NCBI RefSeq assembly: GCF_964355755.1
Contig: NC_092674.1
Location: forward strand, 31,620,001-31,684,000
Length of the DNA: 64,000 nucleotides
From: Antedon mediterranea
Lineage: Eukaryota; Animalia; Echinodermata
Reading direction: 5' to 3'
The position numbers and the translations under genes are program-made. This document shows, one piece after another, positions 52,201 to 64,000 of this stretch. The notes beneath the pieces are model-generated. The model had not been told where the DNA came from. It ran no database searches and saw nothing but the letters and a program-made list of their open reading frames with translations. Every line of letters begins with the position of its first letter. Positions within the stretch are counted from its first letter, which is position 1.

Positions 52201-55200
52201 CACAGCACAATGTATTTAATACTTGGTACTAAAACATGACTTGAATCAATGCAATTGAATCATTTTCGTAAACAACTAAACATGTTATGTATGATGTTCT
52301 TTATTTTCTTAGGTCAGTCGGCGGTCGTCTTGTCGGTGCAGTATGGTGGTTTTTTACGCTGATATTTATCGCATCGTACACAGCAAATCTAGCAGCATTT
52401 TTGACTATTGAAGTAATGATACCTGCTTTTAATTCTGTCGATGACCTTGCTAATCAGAGTATTATTAAATATGGTGCTGTCATAAATGGTTCAACTATGG
52501 ATTTTTTTAAGGTAAACTAATTTAATATTATGTGTACACTTTGGAACCTATTCTCAATAAACATTGTTACCTCCTCCTGGGAGGTTATATTTGTCTGAGA
52601 TATGTGTAGTTGTGTTTGTCTGTTAGCAGAATAACGTCAAAACTAAAAGACGGATCTTTACCAAATTATAACCACAGATAGATATGTGATCACGGACGAC
52701 TTCAGTAAATTGTGGAGGCAATGCGGACTAGGATCAAAATTGTTGGCCACTTTTTATTATTTTACTAATTTTAGGCTACAAGGCGGATCTTCATCACGAT
52801 TCTTGATCCTTCTTCTCTCCTTTTGCTCCTGGTGGATGTTGCAACTCTCTGATTGCTATTATTATTATTTACAGAATTCAAAAACACCAGTGTTGATGAA
52901 AATTTGGGATGGAATGAGAGAATCTTCCGATAACTTTGTAGCCGATAACAAGGAGGGTGTAGAACGAGTTCGACACTCCAAGGGGAAGTATGCATTCTTT
53001 TTGGAATCATCAGTTAATGAATTCAATAACCAGAGAGAACCATGTGATACAATGAAGATTGGACCGAACTTAGATTCTAAAGGATATGGTGTTGCATTCT
53101 CAAAGGAGAGAGATTGGCTGAGGTTTGAAGAAAAGAATTTAATAAAATGTGACGTATTAGTCAATTAAAACACGTCTGTATACTTAGTAGTAAAGTTGTT
53201 TGCTGGTGATTTTAAATTAAAAATATAATACATGTAATATCCGATCTTATAGGCATAGACCTATAGCTTTAATCTCGATATCCCCATTTGTGTTAACAGT
53301 TGTATAGAGTTTTTATATTGTTTTATTTAAATTGAGTCATTCACTATTGAAAAATAACCTCTGGCTTCTTTATGTACAGGAAACACTTCACCATTGCAAT
53401 TTTAGAACTAAGAGAAAATGGTACATTATTAAAGCTAGAAAATAAGTGGTGGTATCACAATAGCGAGTGTGTTGATGCTTCAAAGCCTAGGGTAAGTGTC
53501 GTGTTAATTCCAACATTCTTTTTGTCATGTTTTGGCAGTCAAAATGAATAACTTCCACAAAGGAATAATAAGGGTTTTTACTGAGAAACTTACTTGACTT
53601 TCAGAGGCGTTTGAACATGACAAATCTTGGTGGAGTGTTTTACATTTTGATTGTTGGTCTGTTTGTATCAATGGTCGTTGCAATACTCCAGTTTTGTTGG
53701 AAGTCCAAGGCAGTAGCAAAGAAGAGAAGGGTAGGAAATGGTTATTCAGTGAAAATATGAACAATAGATTGTCTTTACACTAATACTGCGTCATATTGAT
53801 GATGTAAAAAGAGAACAAAATGAAGTCGTTCTTAAAATGGATGCTGTACACAAGATGATCCAGAAAACCACAACTTGTTTCATGATAAAGTTTGTCAAAA
53901 TATTTTACACAAGAATGTATTTCCTCTGACATTAACAGTCACTACCTCTTAGACCCAAATTGTACCTCAAAAAAAAAAAACATATCATTTCAGCTTTTGT
54001 TATAATAAACCAATACAAACTATTGTCTGCTAATAGGGTACAAGAACACATAGAAACGATATATCTAACGTGTGAAATCGACAAATAGGCTAGTAAATTG
54101 CACGTTGTATTAAATACAATTAACATCTTTGAATGTATTTCCCAGACTCCTATATCAGTTGTGTTGAAGGAAAAGGCTAGGCTATCTGTGACAGGAGAGG
54201 GATTACCTCTAACTCCTCAGTATCGCGATACAAAGGCTGCGTTAACTCCTCCTAGTATGCGTTACACTCCGTCAACTACCAGCACGGTAAATCATTACTT
54301 AAACGTGGTAAGTTCATGAGATGACGTCATTATTACGTTGCGTGTAAAGTTAAAGAATGTTAAAATTGTAAGCAAAAGCGATAATATCATTGTACATTCT
54401 CGTTGCATTCTTTTGCATTTGGACGCAACTTTAAAATGTTGACGTAATATTGTGAAGTTACAGAACATGTAGATTTACCTTTGTAGAAATTATTTTTTTA
54501 GATATGTACAGATTTATAGCCAGTTTCTAACAGCGTAATAATTATTACTGGATTGAAATGAATTTGATTTGTTGTCCTTGTTTGTTTTGTAGATTAACGT
54601 ATTAAATTATAAATGTTATTAACCGTTAAAATGTTATTTAAGATTGTTAATAAAAACGTCTTGCATATTATTCAAATTCAGAATGTACTTTTTCTACAAA
54701 AACTAATAGACACTGTTGTTTAGAGTAAATGTATTACTTTCTAATACAGTGAAATTATATAGACTTTTGTAACTTAGCAGAACCTTTTTTATCCTTATAG
54801 CTTGAAAAGAAAGAAACGGTAAGGCAATTGCATCCTTTAATCAAGGCTCACAATTTTATTTACAAAAATATGTTCGTCTGCTTTTTAAATTCCCATTTCA
54901 GAATGTCATGTCTTCTGTTTAAAAATGCAGTATACATTGCTTATTCATTTTGTTCAAGACAACATTTTATATCACCCACGTATTAAAATCACATCTTCCA
55001 TCAAAAATGGTCCGACTGTATACTTTATATTTAATAAAGTCCGATAGATTTTTAAAGTAGAATTTATAGACTCTACTAATTATTAAAATAGTTAACACCT
55101 TGGCATAATATTTTCTAAGCCGTGTCTCGCAACAATTATATCTACTGTTTTTATTTGTTTACTTACTCAAAGTATTGTGTTCATTAACATCATAAACATT

Positions 55201-56801
55201 TTACTTATTTCATCTTAAATAAATTGCTAACTCTAATTATAGAAAGATTAGCCCATTTAACTTGTATTTGTTTGTTTGTCTATGTTCATTTATGTCGCCA
55301 TTTAATATACACTAACAAATACAATGTATGTATATCAAACGTATTTGCTTTTTAACATAAATGTCCTATTGTTTAGAATGCTTAACAATTAACAAATTAG
55401 AAAATATTGAAACTCGATCAGCGAAATTATTTGAACTAATCATAACATTTATTTTGTTATTAAAATGTCATTGTTTTTGTTAAATTGTATACATCTCCTA
55501 ACTGTCGATGAAAAAAGCATCCAAATTTTAGATCACGTTACTAGGCATATTGTTGTGTAAAAGTTTGTCCATTTTGTAATTCTCTTAATAAATTTCGTTT
55601 AAGGTACACCTGTTAATTCGGTGTGTTTCTGTATTTGTATTCTACTACATTCCACTAACTGTGTTTAATACTTACAATCAATCATACAAAACATTCATAA
55701 GCATCGTGTTATATTATATTGTTTGATTAAGATGCCTATGTGGTGTTTCGTCGTCCATATTTAATACTATAGTTTCAAAGCAAGAAGAACTTTATGCCTA
55801 CATAAATTGTATCAATAACAATGCTTTAAAAACAATAGCAACGTTTAATACTTTATTTAAAACTAACAACTCGCTTTATGTAATAAGCTCTGTACAAATT
55901 ATTTGGAACAAAGCATGTTCAATGAAGATGTCACAATGTTCATTATTTGGAACAAAGCATGTTCAATGAAGATGTCACAATGTTCATTATTTGGAACAAA
56001 GCATGTTCAATGAAGATGTCACAATGTTCATATTATACCTTATTATATACAATGTATCTTTATTACAATTCAATAATTTTTACAGAGCTTTCATTGTTGC
56101 TGAAAATAAATGTATCAAAATGCTTCATAGATGATAATATTTTGCCATTAGATCATCATTCTTTCCTTTAGAGTTGAATTCTGTTTGATTGATGTAGTCT
56201 TTTCTACAAAAATATTGTATTATTAGACTTTAGTAATAAGGCTGATACTTGTCTAAAAAAACATGTTTTTGCATGAAGGTAATTATAATAGCTTAATTGT
56301 GAAAAAAGAAATGTAGAATTTTAACATTATTTTGGTTTGCGCTGAACAACAAGGATATGAGTTTGAACTCCCGACATTCCCAATATTCACTGTATTGTAA
56401 TTTGTAATCAATATAACTTTTTTGATCTTTTGAGTAAATTAAAATAATAAAAAAAAAAACTGTAAATTTGTTAACATAAGCATTCTCAAATTTTGGATTT
56501 GTGCTTTCCATATGATTTACCGCCTATTTTAAAAATCGAGAAAAGATTATCTTTAAAAATAGAGAAGAGATTATGTTTTAATAATTATTGAAAATAAGGT
56601 ATGTTATTGGAGAGAAAAATTAATAGGCCTATAATCATAATGTTATATCTGTGTGCTACCAAGCACTACAACCGGTACTTTCACTAACTAATTGTCTTGT
56701 CTTGTCAGTTATTCTTATCTGAAGAAGATGACGATGAAGAGGAAGAAAGAAATACTGTTGATATTGCAAGTTTATATAGCCGAACTGGAACAGAAGTATG
56801 A
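37271..56801 (+). CDS. GRIA: AMPA-type ionotropic glutamate receptor subunit (GluA/GRIA-like), ~992 aa
   Basis: 18 phase-consistent exons: 37271-37406 (signal peptide), 38230-38412, 47739-47990, 48728-48903, 49115-49168, 49303-49464, 49740-49889, 50259-50366, 50724-50831, 51095-51220, 51420-51620 ([16 protein letters not shown]), 51795-52177 ([26 protein letters not shown]), 52313-52511 ([18 protein letters not shown]), 52875-53122 ([24 protein letters not shown] = AMPA-type), 53380-53491, 53605-53730 (M4), 54146-54307 (KARLSVTG), 56709-56801 (..GTEV stop). Read-through of exon 17 would instead stop at 54319. Confidence 0.9.
38358..42913. repeat. Highly homogeneous 67-bp tandem array (68 copies) made of the 3' end of iGluR exon 2 plus its splice donor
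   Basis: Unit ATGGCAGTGTTACGATACACAGACGTAAATAACCCCCGTGAATTTGAAAGGGAAT|GTAAGTATAATA; 4556 bp / 67 = 68. Confidence 0.97.
43058..43420. repeat. 86-bp tandem repeat, 4 copies, each resembling acceptor + 42-nt exon + donor
   Basis: TTTGTCTTTCTACAG|TATACATATAGAAGCAGGGACCTTTGTTGCCTGTGTTGTTAG|GTATAA, with AG ending at 43086, 43172, 43258 and 43344. Confidence 0.9.
52568..52860 (+). mobile_element. Short non-autonomous Helentron/HINE-like DNA element in iGluR intron 13
   Basis: Starts TTACCTCCTCCTGGGAGGTTAT (hairpin), continues with a GTTTGTCTGTTAGCA microsatellite-like block and ACGGATCTTTACCAAA, and ends GGTGGATG..CTCTCTGATTGCT. This layout is recalled from aquatic-animal non-autonomous elements. 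Confidence 0.5.
55899..56033. repeat. 44-bp tandem repeat, 3 copies
   Basis: TTATTTGGAACAAAGCATGTTCAATGAAGATGTCACAATGTTCA repeated. Confidence 0.9.
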
Positions 56802-57459
56802 AATCAAGGCCGAATAGATAGAGGCTATTACAACTTTATATAGCCGAATAAAGTATAATAACTCAAAATGGATTATTTGCAATGCCGAATAGATATTCTT
56901 AATAGCCTGATCATGTAAACTGTACAATGTGAGACAGTGATTTCAGAATCATTAATATCTTCTTTGTGTTCACCAGAAGTTATTCTAATTATTGTGTTAC
57001 TTCACCCTTTTGTTTTTGCCTTTTCTTTTTAATACCTTTAATGTAAAATTCATAATGTCAGATCGTAATGATGTACATAACTTACTATTAGCTAATTATT
57101 AATAGACTATCGATATTATAAATGTATTAATAGAAAATTACTACCTCTTAGTTTAATAAAAATGTGGGCCTAGTACCGTATGTCCTATAGTAGGCGACTG
57201 GCCTTTAGATTTGCGACGGCATAGTACCAAAGAATATTCTTTGATGATCTAATCAAATGTTCAAAGCAAAACAATGTTAGAATAATTTGTCAATTCCTGT
57301 GATATTACTGGTCATATGTTATTGATGGCATCACAATAGTTACAATGGGAAGCTAATACGAAGAAATTTAGATTAGTTGATGCTTCTTGACATTAAAGTA
57401 TGTGTGACAATTGTGTTCTTGTAAATATAGTAACTATAGGCTATATAATAATATTCGGC

Positions 57460-57614
57460 TAACATTTAATAGCTTTTAGCTCTATGTTGAAAGTATTACC
57501 TACGCTTACTAATATCAAATACATAGGCCTAAATACGAATATACAGCTAGAACATTTAATAGCTTTTAGCTCTATATTGAACGTATTACCTACGCTTACT
57601 AATATCAAATACAT
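57460..57614. repeat. Local direct duplication (~91-bp period, 2 copies)
   Basis: AACATTTAATAGCTTTTAGCTCTAT.TTGAA.GTATTACCTACGCTTACTAATATCAAATACAT occurs twice. Confidence 0.85.
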
Positions 57615-58700
57615 TGTACTTTTTGTCCAATAATTGTAGGTAATTTTAATTATGCGAACAATTTTCACAATTTTTTAAATCAAAATGTTAGCATAATGTT
57701 TTGTTTATAGTCAAAGCAGCAGGTTGTTTATATATTAATACTAATGTCTACTGCAGCCATTATGATTCATTATTTGCATTTAAACTTTTGTAAATTAACC
57801 TGATTAAATTTTAGACTGATCGGCCATCTTAAATAACAATTTAAGTACTCCATAAGCTGTAGTAAAATGTAGGCCTATTTACCGCCATTAGTTGCACTGT
57901 AACTTGCAAAAAACTCCATTTTTGTAGACTGTAAATGTAAATACAATTTAACTCGTGTATGGCTGAATGCTCCTTATTAAATTAATGTTACATTTATCAC
58001 AGAAAAGCAATAAAGAGATAGCAAGCAACAGTAAACTGTCTGATTTGTATATATTGTATAATAAGTGTTGAAATTATACCGATGATGGGGTAAAAGTTTA
58101 ATACCGTAGTATGTCGTTGGTGGCGTGAGAAGCACTTCATGGATGCCTGGACCACTAGACCAAACATTTCGGTTGGCAAACAAAATGTTCCCTATTATGT
58201 CATAATTAATCATGAATTATTCATGACTTCTGCCCACGTTCGTCCTGGAAAAAAAATTACGCTGCCTGGATGCTTCTCGGGGGATCATTGCAGACAGTCA
58301 GACATTAAATTAATACGCAATTAATATGCATGGCATATATTATTTGCAATTCGAATTTTCTGGCCATCAATGGGAACATACCCTAAGCCCATGGAGTTCT
58401 TACATTTTTTTAGGACTCAGTGAATTCTTCTTTTTTTAGAGATATTTGCACCTTTTTTTTTAATTTCGAGATTACTTTTCAAACTAAAGAGGCGCCAATT
58501 CTTTTCGGAATGCTGTGACATTTTGTAAAACTAAAATTATTATATTCCCTTCTGTTTTACATGATTTGCCAAGGAAGCAGAAAAGAAGAAGAAAAGTTGC
58601 AATCACAGTAGGCCTATCATTTTGGAAAACAACACTCTTGTAAAATATTTTATGTGGCTTGTTGATTGTTGGGTCCATAAATAATGTGGACCTTTTGACA

Positions 58701-58831
58701 TTAAAAATGTATTTAATTGTCCCCCGAAAACATTAAAAATGAAGGTTGATAAAATCAGACTTTGAATATGCCATTTTTTACAAAGTTAACATCGAAAAAA
58801 AATGTTTCTGTGGGGGACAATACATCTTTAC
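58701..58831. mobile_element. Short, degenerate copy of the TTAA-flanked MITE family
   Basis: TTAAAAATGTATT..TTGTCCCCCGAAAACA ... TGTTTCTGTGGGGGACAATACATCTTTA; same end as 63239-63488. Confidence 0.55.
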
Positions 58832-59788
58832 AAAATACAGTCTCGAAAAGGAGCCTCATCTTGGGGTATTTAGTTGGCTTGATTTAGAGATGAGAATCTT
58901 TCGAGGTTATTATTGCAAATATCGAGATGGATCCTTTTCGAAAAAGAGGAAGCGCACTGTGCGAGGGTTTTCGAGTACTGTACTATGTTTGTTCGGCTTT
59001 GTTTATAGAGCGCCCTCTCTAACCCGGAAATATGGTCAACCCTGTGAGTTGTGTTGTTGCTTATATTGCAAGGGTGTGGACACATAAAATGGTGCTCATT
59101 TGTATATGTTGAAGCATTTTTTTAAATCTTTGGGGTTACATTCTCATTAAAGGAAACCGACTGTAAGGTAGGCATTTAAGTTGGCTTCAATAGCATTCAA
59201 TATCAGTTATTTCACATGCGAGAATTTAAGATAAATCAAACTTCCAAACAAAGCAAGTCTAGGCTACGCTCGCTTAAAAAGAGACTGGCAGGGCTGGTGC
59301 AGTAAGCCATGCATTTGACACTTTCTGAGTTGGTACAGAGGCTGTGTAAATAATAGAATGAATTTAGGTGGTAAGCCTAGAAAGTGTACTCGTGATACTG
59401 TACCTACTCTAGCATTGTTGTTGTTAGTAAACACAGGCGGTGCACATTCACAACGAAGCTAGTTATAAAGGCTATCTATACTGTACTTCTCTACAATAGA
59501 TAGACAATAAATACATCATCATTGATTGTAAATCATGTTCATAAAAAATTAATAATCATTCATCATAATAGGCTGAACCAGCTGGATTAACTTTATTCTT
59601 TATAAAACTGCATGCCATTGTATATAATAAAAGCATAACAAATTCATATTTTAAATGTTATGTGTTTCTTTTACTTTTTTAAATGTAAAATTTAGTAACT
59701 ACAGTATTTAGGAATAAATGGAAAAGTTTGACCATGGCTAGGGCCTTTTTTATAAAGTTGTTTTACGAAAAACTAATACATTTTGTAA

Positions 59789-63142
<3,354 letters not shown>

Positions 63143-63238
63143 TAATATTACACTAATAACAGTCAAATTATGCAGAGTTAGTACTATAGATTGATATTCT
63201 TATATATTCCATAAAATACTTCAAAAACCTAAACACTG

Positions 63239-63488
63239 TTAAAGATATATTTTCTCCCTGCAAAAATAATGAAAATAATTTTAATAACAATTCGGTATTC
63301 ACTTCCAAACAATGGATCTAAACAATTTGAGTTTTTTGTTTTGGTGTGATCATTAATCACGAAAACCCATAATCTGTAAGTCATTGGGTTTCTGGTCAAA
63401 TGGTATTGTTTTTTATTAAAATAATTTTACCGAAAGTGAATAAAAACTACAAAATGTTTTCATGTTTTTGGGGACAATACATCTTTAA
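63239..63488. mobile_element. TTAA-flanked MITE (Kolobok-like termini)
   Basis: TTAA|AGATATATTTTCTCCC ... GGGACAATACATCT|TTAA: imperfect TIRs, TTAA on both sides, AG..CT termini. Confidence 0.65.
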
Positions 63489-64000
63489 TTCTAATACACC
63501 AACAATTATTTCTTTTAGCATGAAAGAACTTCATTTCAGTCTTTAGTTTGTGCTACAAATATCGGCTTCTGATTTGCTATGTAGTAATATATACAAATAT
63601 TAAATCGTTAAAATGAAATTTATAATCTATTAATTATTGTTTTTTCCGATAGCTTTTTTTTAAACATTGATTTAAAATTAAAGTCAATTTGCATCTTTTT
63701 TGTTTTTGTTCTACATAATGCCTTTTACAACAAATACATATTTATCTTATCAATTTTATGTACAAGTATGTTTGAAATATATGGACAATTTATCCTTTGT
63801 TTTTGAAATGTTTGTGTCATTGTTGTCTTTTGTTTTACTCTGCTAATTCAGTTACACCCTTGATTTGCTAAATATTATTCACTGCATGTTTTTATTATTA
63901 CGATATTAATTTGAATGAAATCACGATACCATATTACCTTTTTTTTCTAGATGTTAGGTTTGTTAGAATGTACTGTATTGGTATTTTAGACAAAACAGTG

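Noticed and set aside
52141-52312. Q/R RNA-editing hairpin
   Set aside because: The site encodes Q (ATGCAGCAG), but I saw no complementary sequence in the 135-nt downstream intron; folding was not computed.
53123-53604. Flip/flop duplicate exon in the AMPA receptor
   Set aside because: Only one copy of the LENKWW..EC exon (53380-53491) is present and the flanking introns are short.
57800-59100. Divergent gene or ORFs upstream of CYFIP
   Set aside because: The short ORFs have no recognisable motifs or consistent splice pattern; the region looks like promoter plus repeat fragments.

Overview
AT-rich, intron-rich invertebrate animal genomic DNA (not prokaryotic; most ORF-track entries are single exons, repeats or noise). 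I rebuilt five spliced genes by hand with consistent intron phases. (1) The 3' half of a GABA-B-type class C GPCR (+), with a C-tail resembling insect GABA-B-R3. (2) A complete, very divergent GABA-B-like orphan receptor (-, 13 exons, one GC-AG intron), tail-to-tail with gene 1. (3) A 24-exon NRPS-like A-T-R-R enzyme (~1279 aa) with the architecture of fungal glycine-betaine reductase ATRR, head-to-head with gene 2. (4) An 18-exon AMPA-type ionotropic glutamate receptor (~992 aa) with a Cys-rich insert in its amino-terminal domain (ATD), a 68-copy tandem array of its own exon-2 splice donor, and a distal PDZ-ligand exon. (5) The 5' part of CYFIP/Sra-1, with two tandem, equal-length, apparently mutually exclusive exons covering the Rac1 A-site. 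Introns carry minisatellites, tRNA-derived SINEs, a LINE fragment, Helentron-type non-autonomous elements and MITEs. All family assignments come from motif recognition without database searches.
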